The translations under genes and the position numbers were made by a program. A stretch of DNA of 62,844 bases, the filler included, from Basidiobolus ranarum (taxonomy: Eukaryota): NCBI GenBank assembly GCA_040143965.1. It is 51 parts of 51 records of this genome, joined end to end, with 100 filler letters (N's around TTAATTAATTAA, not from the genome) between each part and the next. Parts side by side here need not be neighbours in the genome. Positions count along the whole stretch, not along the records: positions 49,421 to 50,551 come from JASJQH010013178.1; positions 50,652 to 51,782 come from JASJQH010013179.1; positions 51,883 to 53,012 come from JASJQH010013180.1; positions 53,113 to 54,242 come from JASJQH010013181.1; positions 54,343 to 55,472 come from JASJQH010013182.1; positions 55,573 to 56,701 come from JASJQH010013183.1; positions 56,802 to 57,930 come from JASJQH010013184.1; positions 58,031 to 59,159 come from JASJQH010013185.1; 43 more parts are not named here. The stretch is one strand, 5' to 3'. This document shows, in pieces, positions 49,421 through 60,488 of this stretch (positions are counted from its first letter, which is position 1; each line of letters begins with the position of its first letter). The notes under the pieces are model-generated. The model was not told the origin of the DNA, did no database searches, and worked only from the letters and a program-made list of their open reading frames with translations.

Positions 49421-50441
49421 CATCTTAAAGTTTTGATTAAATCACCCAACTATAGATCATTGATCCAATACCAAAGTACTCACCATAAAGCTGCTAGTAT
49501 TACCAATATACCTGATAGATATCACTACCAGAATCTGAAAAGTCAAGGTTTCTTTGACTTTTCAGAAATGATCATGCATTTTCATTGGCTCTGGGTGGTT
49601 TCTCATTAAACAAATATACCATTGGAAAGGCTTGCTGGCCAATAATTTTAATTAACTTACATATTCCTCCTTCTGAATGGTAAAAGAGTCATAATATCTT
49701 GATACTATCAGTCATATCTGGAACTAAATCACCAGTGCTGATAGATAGCTTCTTGGAGCCTTTGATTGCAGAATTTGAATGGTTACCTAATGGGGTTCTG
49801 ATGGGTAAATTCTTTATTAAAGCTAATATCATTTTATATATTGGTGACACTCCTGCAATCAGTAAACTTGGAGTTTTTGCAGAAACAATGCACTAACATG
49901 CTGTATATTATATCAAATTAATGGAGTTTACTCCATTGGGCATATGCATTACTACTATCTAAATACAACACTAAACTCCATGATTTTACCATCAAGAGTC
50001 CAGTCAGATTTAAACATGATCACCAAAGTCAATTCACCAAATAGTCAGTCTAACATCAAACTTGGAATTAGCCATAAGCCTATGATTATATTCTTGAAGG
50101 AGATCATCAGGAGCCAGAGCTTCCCATTAGGTACTATGCACTTACTATTCAAGAACATTCCAATACTTCTTACTCAGCTATATAGTGGAAATTTCAATAT
50201 GAATGAGCCATTTAAGATAGGATCAAAGTTTGAATCAATTGGGAAAATGCTTGAAAATGTCAAGATACCATCATATTTTACCAGGGCTACCATCAATATC
50301 CACTCATCTAGGCATTTATTCAAATGAAAAGAGTGGAAGTATTGGATTTGTATATATTCAAGCAGAATCTAAAAAGATTTCTGCCTGATAAGAATTTGCA
50401 ACATTGGGAGTTATTTGTGTATATTGTTAATATATTCTCAC
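49421..50441 (+). mobile_element. CACTA transposase core, decayed
   Basis: Homologous to 7690-8574. Confidence 0.92.
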
Positions 50442-50551
50442 TGTCACAATAAGGAACTGGACAAGGACTGGAAACAACAACAAGAGGCTAGAAGGCAGGA
50501 GAGTACTTGGGTGTAGACCACAAGACAAGACAAGACAAGACTGGACAAGGA
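50442..50551 (+). mobile_element. LTR family C 5' end inserted in transposase
   Basis: TGTCACAATAAGG start. Confidence 0.82.
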
Positions 50552-50653
50552 NNNNNNNNNNNNNNNNNNNNNNNNNNNNNNNNNNNNNNNNNNNNTTAAT
50601 TAATTAANNNNNNNNNNNNNNNNNNNNNNNNNNNNNNNNNNNNNNNNNNNNCA

Positions 50654-50809
50654 TATGGCCACGTTGCTGTAGTCGAAAGCATCAACGATGACGGGAGTGT
50701 GTATACGAGTAACTGGAACTACATAATCAATGGAGAAGGAGGACCCTACATCACGACTTATGTCACCTTCAATACTGGTGAAGGAGTATCATTCATCTGG
50801 TATGAGTAG
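50654..50809 (+). CDS. CHAP-domain (peptidoglycan amidase/peptidase) protein, C-terminus
   Basis: YGHVAVVESINDDGSVYTSNWNY...GVSFIWYE*; catalytic His in GHVA. Confidence 0.88.
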   Translation, partial: YGHVAVVESINDDGSVYTSNWNYIINGEGGPYITTYVTFNTGEGVSFIWYE

Positions 50810-51738
50810 ATACCACTTCTGACTATAGATACCCACAAAAGATAAAGCAACCAGCTATCTTTCATTACTTATTCCCACTTTGAATTCTTACGATAGAGAA
50901 ATTAGGATATGTTGATTTCAAAATAAATATACTACTTATAAAATATTTGTCACGTTAGATATTTATCTCCGAAACCTTAGTCTTAAGGGTAGTGAGACTA
51001 GTAAGATAAATTAAACTACTCCGAGGTGTCACTGGATAGTTTGTAAATCAATTTAGTAATCAAATAGTTACATGATGGTAATACCCGATATTTATCATAC
51101 TTCTGGATATTGGCATCAATTAGACTTTTAAATACACTGCCTATACAATGGCTATTAACTCTTCTCATACTTCATTACTTGGGTCAGCTATGGATGAGTG
51201 TGTATTTTTTTAAAAAAGAATTCTTCAAAATCTAATTCATATTGTGACTACGTACATAGAAATACGATAAAAGTCATGTTCATAATAATGAGTACTAGGT
51301 TTTCGTAATGAAGAAAATTCTTCAACCTCTCCTTTATCTCCCACTAACCAGGTTAGTTTTTCGGCACTCTTTTTAGATGTATAATGTATCTACTCCTTGG
51401 ATTAGCTGTAAAGTAACTATTCAAACATTAATCGTGCTAGCAAAAATAAGTACATAGTCGAATTTTCTTTTTTCGAATTTATCTATGATATAGTTATTCT
51501 AATGATCAATCTATTATTTTCTGAGACTTACCATATGTGATCATATTTCTAAATGTGGCCGGGACGAACCGGATTGGACAATTATTGGATTGAAAAGTTG
51601 GTACAAGAGAATCCACTTTGATTGTGATGCTTGAATCATTGGATAGATACTTGACAGATAGAATCGTCGTTTAGATAAAAGACTGAACCCATACCACTGT
51701 TAACCTCACAATCAATTATACTGCAATACAAAATTAAA

Positions 51739-51782
51739 ATGGTCAAAATCTCATCTGGTCTATCTTACATCTGCCTTACTGT
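51739..51782 (+). CDS. Possible start of a secreted protein
   Basis: AAAATGG context; MVKISSGLSYICLT.. truncated by the contig end. Confidence 0.4.
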
Positions 51783-51882
51783 NNNNNNNNNNNNNNNNNN
51801 NNNNNNNNNNNNNNNNNNNNNNNNNNTTAATTAATTAANNNNNNNNNNNNNNNNNNNNNNNNNNNNNNNNNNNNNNNNNNNN

Positions 51883-53012
51883 GTTCTGCCTGCAATTGCC
51901 TTGTTGTAATAATTCTATCCAAATGTTCAATGGAGGGTTGTTCAACAGTGGGGAAAGTAGTCATTTTGGGAGTTGATGGTTTTGATGGTGTTTTGGTTGA
52001 ACTTTGCTCAACTATTGATTTACTAGGTAACTGGGGGATTACAATCTCTTCACTTGCACTATTGCTGGAAAGGAACACATCTGGTAAATTGATTAATGCT
52101 TCATCATTTCTTGAGTTAGTATCCTGCATGCTAATGCCTTCCAAAGGGGATAGTGGATCACTAGATGGCTCATAAATCAAGTTCTCTGCTCTTGCTGGTT
52201 TTTTTCCTTTAGTGCCAGCAGGCTTTGGCTTGGAAGCCAATTTTGACTAAGATTTTGAATGCTTTTTGAATGGCATTGAAATTTTCAGATGGTAAACTTG
52301 GTGTAATGAAATTGCTTAGAAACAGCTTATAATAAACCAAATTTACCATCCATCACCAGAAATATCTTGTAAATCCCCTGATGACTCATCTGTGACACCA
52401 TCTTAGAATCAGCTGATGGTATTGATGGGCAATGCCTGAAAAGCCACCCTTATGTAGGGGGTGTTCTTTTTTCTACAACATCCTTCTCTTGCTGCAAGAC
52501 AAATGTTTAGAGAAGCCCTGCTATTATTGTCACAAATTCTTATGCTATGGAAGCTGGAGGCTTCATAGAAAAAGTAATCACAAGCATAGTCACTGTACAA
52601 AGCCACCAGCTGCACAAAGCCTGTTATATAACAACAGTATTAAGTGCACTAAATCAACTTTAGTTTTGCCCATTAAGTCCACTGACTGTACTTTGCCTCA
52701 AAGTTTTGGTAATACTGCCAAAAGTCAAGATACTCTGGAGTTACCACAGTTATATTACCAGAATGATGTAAGTAGAAATACAACCTTGGTCAAACCAGTA
52801 AGTCCAGACAACTTTGAGGACTTGCTGCTAGATGTTGACCTTGGTTATTCCAGTAGTGATGGTAGTATATCAGAAGTTGAAGAGGAAGAAAATGGTTTTG
52901 TTATGGACTCTTTGTTATTGGCAAACATTAGGCCACTCATAACACTTACTCTAAAGGAAGCAGCTTTGATTATTGAGGAGTGGAGAGTTCAATCCAATCT
53001 TAGCAAGCAGGT
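51883..53012. mobile_element. CACTA centre: ORF2 5' (minus, ATG 52276), 155-bp spacer, intact transposase N-terminus (plus, ATG 52432)
   Basis: MPEKPPLCRGC..KPCYYCHKF..H..H..; 3' end overlaps ~54985-55094 and 62821-62844. Confidence 0.9.
52277..52431. promoter_or_regulatory. Putative bidirectional promoter of the transposon
   Basis: Exactly 155 bp between the two starts in three copies (13106-13260, 15363-15517, 52277-52431). Confidence 0.6.
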
Positions 53013-53112
53013 NNNNNNNNNNNNNNNNNNNNNNNNNNNNNNNNNNNNNNNNNNNNTTAATTAATTAANNNNNNNNNNNNNNNNNNNNNNNNNNNNNNNN
53101 NNNNNNNNNNNN

Positions 53113-53269
53113 GAGAATCGATGCTATTGGTACAGCCTTCCTTACCCAAATGATCCTTAACTGGGCCTTGTTTGCATTCTCAGTTCCATTCACCTACTTC
53201 CTTGTACGTGGTATCAAGGATACCAACAATGTTGATGAGAATGAGGCTAAGATTGAGGCTTCTGCTTAA
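53113..53269 (+). CDS. UNC-93-like MFS protein, C-terminus
   Basis: RIDAIGTAFLTQMILNWALFAFSVPF..IKDTN; same family as the downstream N-terminus. Confidence 0.75.
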
Positions 53270-54065
53270 ATTTAGTTAGAGCAGCGTCCATAGATTTCAA
53301 ATAAAATAACTAAGCATTGTATATATATAACAATGAAATAAAGAAGAGTTAAAAGAATACAGTAATAATGCTTATCTAGCCGTCCATCAAAGATAAAGAA
53401 ATATTGACAACTTCCAAGCACGCATCCAATCAATTGAACAGCCAATCGAATTCATGTTACGCAATGTATTAAATGGTCAACTCCGCAAAAGCCGACTCAA
53501 TATGTAACACAATATCATAAACTAGCGGTGGAAAACTCCAACGGTTCTACGATATTCTTCCACGATCAGTCGAAGTCGAGGTGTCAATCAGGATATTTTG
53601 AATGGAGATTTTCAATAGAGTTATTAATATCGAGTGTTTACTGCTCCGACAAGCTGATTGATCAAATGAATTACTATATTCGGACGGAATTGGGCTTTAA
53701 TCAACTAGTCCCCATAAGAGGAAAACCCAATCAGAAAGCCATTACTTCCTAAATTTGTGAAGCTCGTGGCGTATAAGTCAATACATTGAATAGGCCGGAT
53801 AATGCGCAAGATATATGATAGATTTGTATGGAAACCTGGTTACACGTACTACTAGATATAGTGTATCAGGTGGCTAGAGTCCAAGAAGTGTTCGATTCGG
53901 ACAATTACTATACTGATACCACTCTTTTAATTTCTGGAATTACTAGGCGAAGAGATTAGAGATAGCTCATCCAGTAGTAGTACTATTCGTGAAAAAAAAC
54001 CCCCAGAGGTATAAAAGTATCTGGTATTCTGCTAACGAGATATCATCTCAATTATCCTTTCAACC

Positions 54066-54242
54066 ATGAAAGACCTATCTAATATTAAAATCTTCGGTAA
54101 GGTTCGCTACAATGATCCAATCTTCCAAGTATTCCTTGTAGGAATGGTGTGCTTCTGCTGTCCTGGTATGTACAACGTCATCAACGGTATGGGTGCCGGT
54201 GGCCAGATGGATGATAGTACTGCTAAGGATGGTAATGTAGCC
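54066..54242 (+). CDS. UNC-93-like MFS protein, N-terminus (tandem paralog); TATAAAA near 54010
   Basis: QVFLVGMVCFCCPGMYN.INGMGAGG. Confidence 0.9.
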
Positions 54243-54342
54243 NNNNNNNNNNNNNNNNNNNNNNNNNNNNNNNNNNNNNNNNNNNNTTAATTAATTAANN
54301 NNNNNNNNNNNNNNNNNNNNNNNNNNNNNNNNNNNNNNNNNN

Positions 54343-55094
54343 TCACCCATCTGAACCCCATTAGATAACCATTCAAATTCCACAATCAAAGGCTCCAAGA
54401 AGCTATCTATAAGCACTGGTGATTTAGGTCCAGATATGATGGATAGTATCAAAGTATTATGACTCTTATACTGTTCAGAAGGAGGAAGATTTAAGTTGAT
54501 TAAAATTATTGGCCAGCAAGCCTTTCCAACAGTATATTTGTTTAGTGAGAAACCATCCAGAGCCAATGCAAATGCATGATCATATGTGTTCTCAAAGGAA
54601 CCTTGACTTTTCAGATTCTGGTAGTGATATACATCAAGTGTATTGGTAATACCATCAGCTTTATGGTGAGTTCTTTGGTATTGCATCAATGATCTATATA
54701 TGGGTGATTTCATCAAAACTTTCAGACAAGAAAGCAATGAAATGTAAGCCAAATATGAACAATATTTACCTGATCCAGTGTTTGCCAATTGTGTGCAAAC
54801 AGTACATGACTTCAGGTTTTTCAGATCAATGGTGAAAGTCAAATAACCATTTGGACATGAAGGTAGTTAAATTACTGAAGGATTATAAGTCATACAATTG
54901 ACAAGTGTTTTCCACTTGTACCAGGTGTGTGGCAAGCAACAGTTGTCAATCAACTGTGGTAAAAATGTAAGAAAACCAATTAACACCTGGTTGCTAAGAT
55001 TGGATTGAACTCTCTACTCCTCAATAATCAAAGCTACTTCCTTTACAATAGATGTTATGAGTGTACTTGTGTTTGCCAATAACAAAGAGTCTAT
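54343..55094 (-). mobile_element. CACTA transposase, N-terminal to core
   Basis: Long open stretch SCPNG..LKSCTVC..LALDGF..GPKSP..DSFLEPL. Confidence 0.93.
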
Positions 55095-55274
55095 TATGGT
55101 GGGGCAGCACTGCTACCCACTGGCAGGTTGACTTATTTCCACTCCGAGCTCATATCACTACTATGGCACTATTTCTATTTTAGTATCCATACTTGACTTA
55201 CCCATATTTTCTAGCCAATCATAGCACACCATTAGTATTATCCCCTATTATTACAGATTTATCAGTATTAACCC
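55095..55274 (+). mobile_element. LTR-like family A, 5' part
   Basis: Matches 18983-19162. Confidence 0.8.
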
Positions 55275-55472
55275 CCCTAACAAAAATAAAATCGATTTGA
55301 TCCGGATTGGATCCACCCTCCAAAATAGCAAAACCGTCAGAGAACCGTCACAATATCGTTAGCTTGCATTCTGCCAGGGATTTTGATGGTGTGACGGCGG
55401 TTTCTTGACGGTATCTTGGCGGTATTCATACATGTTAAAATATTGATCCTCAAATTTGGCATGCGTTATTCA
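55275..55472 (-). mobile_element. CACTA right end, CpG-intact young copy with ACCGTCA subterminal repeats
   Basis: Reads CCCTAACAAAAAT inward; accgtca at ~55333 and ~55344, inverted tgacgg at ~55392 and ~55406. Confidence 0.9.
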
Positions 55473-55572
55473 NNNNNNNNNNNNNNNNNNNNNNNNNNNN
55501 NNNNNNNNNNNNNNNNTTAATTAATTAANNNNNNNNNNNNNNNNNNNNNNNNNNNNNNNNNNNNNNNNNNNN

Positions 55573-56701
55573 GGAATGTAAAGTTGCTTCTTATAAAACA
55601 AGAGATCATTTATGATAGAGAAATGGCAGTACAGGTTCAAGCTTGAGAGGTCTTTGGGTGTTTCCTGGGCTTTCTTGATTGATATTACCAATGGGTCTTC
55701 AGATTGAGGTTTGCAGATGTTTTCATGGAATGTGCTTGAACTACTCAGAGAAAGGGAAGTTGCACTAATTTGAAGTGAGTGGGGCTTCAGTAAGGAAGTA
55801 ATTTGTTGGCCAAAGGCCTCATCCCCTTCTTTAGGCTAATATTCTGCTCTACGTGATAAGGCATCAGGCTTTCCTTGCTGGCTGCCTGGCTGATATGTGA
55901 TCACAAAATAAAAACTGGCAAGAAATAATGATCATTTTGCTTGACAACAGTTGAGAACTTTGGTTGTACTAAAATACTGAAGATTCTTATGATCACAATA
56001 AACTGTGATTTTGTGATTTGCTCCATCCAAGTATTGTTGACATTGTTCAATTGCAGCATTAATTGCTAAAAGTTGCTTGTCACAGATATCATAGTTGCTT
56101 TCTGCGGCAGAGAACTTTCTTGAGTAAAAGGCAACAGGGTGTAGCAAGTTGTCATCATCAAACTGTGATAATACTGCTCCTGGAGCAAAGTCAGATGCAT
56201 CAGTTTCAACAATAAATGGCTTGTCTAGCTTGGTATGTGCCAGGATTGGTGCTGAGGTGAAAGCACCCTTTAAAGTTACAAATGCTTGTTGGCAAGATGG
56301 GTTCCAGTCAAATGGGAGTTCTTTCTTTGTGAGATTTGTTAATGGAGCAGATATTTTGGAGTAGTTCTTGATAAACTGTTGGTAAAAGTTTGCAAATCCA
56401 AGGAATGATTGGGCATGAATATTATGTTCTTCTTGGGAGCTTGAGAAGACCAAGATATCATCAATGTAGATTACCACAAATTGGTCAAGATACTCTCTGA
56501 AGATATCATTCATCATGTGTTGAAAGACTGCAGGGGCATTGGTAAGTCGAAATGGCATGACATTGTATTCAAAGTATCTATAGTGAGTTTGAAAGGCAGT
56601 TTTCCATTGGTCTCCTGGTTTGATTCTTACAAGATTGTAAGCACCTCTTAGATCAATCTTTGTAAACACCTTGGCTGAAGCAAGCTGATCCAAGAGTGAG
56701 T
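55573..56701 (-). pseudogene. Ty3/Gypsy RT-RNase H
   Basis: FTKIDLRGAYNLVRI..YIDDILVFS..ETDASDFA..VAFYSRK..DHKNL. Confidence 0.96.
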
Positions 56702-56801
56702 NNNNNNNNNNNNNNNNNNNNNNNNNNNNNNNNNNNNNNNNNNNNTTAATTAATTAANNNNNNNNNNNNNNNNNNNNNNNNNNNNNNNNNNNNNNNNNNN
56801 N

Positions 56802-57778
56802 TTTTCAAGATTCCACTTGAATATATACAAATCTAATACTTCCAGTCTTTGCATTTGAACAAATGCCTAGATGAGTAGCTATTGATAGGAGCTCTGGTAA
56901 AATATGATGGTTTCTTAATGTTTTCAAGCATTTTCCCAATTGATTCAAACTTTGATCCTATCTTGAATGGCTGATTCATATTGAATTTTCCACTATATAG
57001 TGGAGTCAGTAGTATTGGAAAGCTGTTGAGTAGTAAGTGCTAAAGTATTTGGCAGCCTGTTAGAAGTTGTTTGGGGAATTAGAGGAATTGATGATTTTCA
57101 CTTATTGATTTATTTAGTAGAAAGTTGACATTTATAATGTTGTCAGCATGTAATCAAACTAACATGTAGAATGTGTTAAGGAAGATCCCAGGAACATGTG
57201 TGCAAAGTTTGGGGCTTCTAGCACAAGTTTGAAAAATCTATATATCTGAGAACTTCTAAGTTGGTAGAAAATTTCAAGTGAGTTGCAACTGAGAATAATG
57301 AGTAATATCTTAGTGAAATATAAGCTAACTAAGTACTAAGCTATATATGACTATATAGGTGTGCAGGAAATGCTAATTTTAACAGTAAGTGCATTGTGCC
57401 TAATGGGAAGCACTGGCTCCAGCTGATCCCCTTTAGCAATATAATCTTAGGCTTACAGCTAATCCCAAGTTTGATGTTAGACTGACTATTTGGTGAATTG
57501 ATATCAGCAAGCATGTTGCAATCTGGCTAGGCTTGTGATAGTAAAATCATGGAGTTTAGTGTTGTATTTGGATAGTAGTAATGTGTATGCCTAATAGAGT
57601 AAACTCCATTGATTTGACAAAATCTATAGCAAGATAGTGCATTGTGCTCACAAAAACCTCCAAGTTTACTGATGGCAGGAGTGTCACCAATACATACAAT
57701 TAATTAGCTTTAATAAAATATTCACCCATCTGAACCCCATTAGAGAATCATCCAAATTCTGTAATCAAAGGCTCCAAG
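56802..57778 (-). mobile_element. CACTA transposase core interrupted by solo LTR E
   Basis: Transposase sequence resumes exactly after the TSD. Confidence 0.92.
57038..57384 (+). mobile_element. Complete solo LTR family E (347 bp, TG...CA) with perfect TSD GTAAG
   Basis: GTAAG at 57033-57037 and 57385-57389. Confidence 0.93.
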
Positions 57779-57930
57779 TGTTGAAAGTCTGGTGACTTGT
57801 GGTACAAGCAGTAATTCCCAAAGAGGAAAATATGGAGTATGGTGAGTGCATCTGAACACAAAGTCTAAGGCCAATTAGTTGCTTGTATAGCTGAAATGCC
57901 AAAGTACCATACATTGACAGACTAGGTTAA
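57779..57930 (+). mobile_element. LTR family I, 5' part
   Basis: TGTTGAAAG start; matches 19991-20147. Confidence 0.8.
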
Positions 57931-58032
57931 NNNNNNNNNNNNNNNNNNNNNNNNNNNNNNNNNNNNNNNNNNNNTTAATTAATTAANNNNNNNNNNNNNN
58001 NNNNNNNNNNNNNNNNNNNNNNNNNNNNNNTC

Positions 58033-58542
58033 TTCTTCATCTCTATCTTTTGGGGATATTTCCATTCTAGTTTAGCTCCAACAGTAGAATTAGGAGCAGT
58101 TTGGCCACCAAAAGGAATAGAACCATTAAATCCTTGGGAAGTTCCTTTATTAAATACAGTAATTCTTTTATCATCAGGAGCTACTGTTACTTGGGCTCAT
58201 CATAGCTTATTAGGTGAATCTAGAAAAGGTACAATCTTAGGTTTATTCTTTACATTAGTTTTAGCTGTTATATTCACTGCTCTTCAAGGATTCGAGTATT
58301 ATAATGCACCATTTACTTTTAGTGATGGAGTATTTGGTTCTTGTTTCTATATGGCTACTGGTTTCCATGGATTCCATGTCTTTGTAGGTACAGTATTCAT
58401 AGCTGTATCTTTATGGAGAGTAATCTCTTACCAATTAACTGATCAACATCATGTTGGATTAGAATCTGCTATACTTTACTGGCATTTTGTCGACGTAGTT
58501 TGGCTATTCTTATTCATCAGTATATATTGGTGGGGTAGCTAG
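58033..58542 (+). CDS. cox3: Mitochondrial cytochrome c oxidase subunit 3, 3' part
   Basis: [51 protein letters not shown]; all Trp codons are TGG. Confidence 0.98.
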   Translation, partial: FFISIFWGYFHSSLAPTVELGAVWPPKGIEPLNPWEVPLLNTVILLSSGATVTWAHHSLLGESRKGTILGLFFTLVLAVIFTALQGFEYYNAPFTFSDGVFGSCFYMATGFHGFHVFVGTVFIAVSLWRVISYQLTDQHHVGLESAILYWHFVDVVWLFLFISIYWWGS

Positions 58543-58555
58543 TTAAAAACCAAGT

Positions 58556-59150
58556 ATCCCCCCCCCCATCTAGTAAGTAAACGATCCTGATCCATCGATG
58601 GCGAAGCACGGGGGCCCCCTTTTGGAGATGCCCCCCAATGGGCAAGGGGGGGGAATTGGTTAAATATGACACCCCCCCCCGGTATTCATTCCTGGTTTCC
58701 TGCCAAAGGGCGAGGATATAATAAAAAAACTCCCCCCCGCCCTGATCCCTTCGGGCGGACTGATTCCCCCCCATCTGGTTATTGATCCAGTGCTGATCCC
58801 TTCGGCCGGGGGGCCCCCGCTTCGCAATGGGGGGGAATCCTGGCCCTGATCCCTTCGGCCGGGATTGGATGTTTATTGCGAAGCCGGGGGGGGGATGCTA
58901 GAGGGGGGGCCTTTCGGGGGGGACGTCAAAAGCCGCCCCCCCAATGGAATGCACGTTGGTCCCATGCTTTGAACAAGGGGGGGGGAGAGTATTAATAAAC
59001 TTGCCCTTCCCCCCCCCCCCCCCCCGGGGGGCCCGCGTGGGGGGGCATTTGTTTGAAGTTTTTAGCCCCCCCCCCTTTCTGTGGAATGGATTTACCTACT
59101 TACCGAGTCAAGTTTCATAAACGAACGGGGGGAACAAGGGGCGGAGGGAC
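58556..59150. repeat. Mitochondrial GC clusters / hairpin elements
   Basis: Complementary G and C runs; ctgatcccttcgg three times (~58742, 58793, 58846). Confidence 0.8.
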
Positions 59151-59259
59151 CGAATTATANNNNNNNNNNNNNNNNNNNNNNNNNNNNNNNNNNNNNNNNN
59201 NNNTTAATTAATTAANNNNNNNNNNNNNNNNNNNNNNNNNNNNNNNNNNNNNNNNNNNN

Positions 59260-60388
59260 CCCAACACCTACTGACAAAAGTAGATCAAGAAACTACTGGC
59301 CAATCAATCTCCAATATTCCCTCTCTTGCCAGTGTGAAGAAAGTCCTCCTAGCAAGTCAGAAGAACTCAGCACTCATGAAGATGCTCCAGAAGAGGAGGG
59401 AACAACAACAGCCAAGACCATAAGAACCATTGGCAAAAAGCAGAACAGTTGATGTTGAGGAAGAACTATCCAACATTAGCAAGAAACCTGAATGTCTCAC
59501 TTTGAAAATTGAAAGCAAGTCTTGCCAAAGAGGAATCTATCAATCTTCCTACCCATCTAATTGTGTATGGTGTGACTTAACCAAGAATACCAAGGAGGAC
59601 TGTCCTGAATTGAATGAACTACTTGACAAAGGAGAGCTCCAATTGTACTCAAGAGGGTTTATACTAGATCATGATGGCAGAAATGTCAGGACAAACTTCA
59701 GGAGAGGAGGTACGAAAGCAATTTACTGCCCACCAGTTGACAACACCACAAGGACAACTATTGAAAACCCTGATCAGAACATGCATCACTTTGCTGTTGA
59801 CAAACACCAGAACCATACATTGGAATCTGACATTGAAGATGATTTTTCTTGCTTAGCTGAAGCTTATACAACCAAGGGAGCTTCTCCAGCAGAGGAACTA
59901 AGACCTACTGGTACACAGAAGGCAAGATTTTCTGAGCCAGAGGTTGTTATAGAGAACATTCCAAAACCAAAACCAATACCTACTGAAGCAGGACCTTGAC
60001 CACCCAACTATCAGATGCAATCCAAGATTAGCAAGAAGGCAGATCCTGAGATATGACTGAGAGGATCTTAGACTCTTGCCTCTCTGTGACAATTGGGGAA
60101 CTTGTGAGTGCTTCCCCTACAGTCTGAAAGAATCTAGATGACAACATCTGTACAAGGAGACAGCCTATAGATCAACCTTCAGCAAGAATTATACAGACAA
60201 CTCATGATGAACCACTTCCCAAGATGAACAAGGAAACACCTACATTCACATACTACTCATGGAGACCGTCTACAATGCCATATTGCTAGTGGGTCAGAGA
60301 ATTGTGTGATGCCAATGGACTGCTATAAGTCCTGACCATGCAATCACTTGCTCCCCAGGGATACTGACATACACTGGATTTTGCAGCA
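59260..60388 (+). pseudogene. Ty3/Gypsy gag zinc-knuckle to protease
   Basis: CVWCD...TKEDCPEL knuckle; VTIGELVSASP; AIL.SGSENCVM degenerate protease motif. Confidence 0.75.
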
Positions 60389-60488
60389 NNNNNNNNNNNN
60401 NNNNNNNNNNNNNNNNNNNNNNNNNNNNNNNNTTAATTAATTAANNNNNNNNNNNNNNNNNNNNNNNNNNNNNNNNNNNNNNNNNNNN

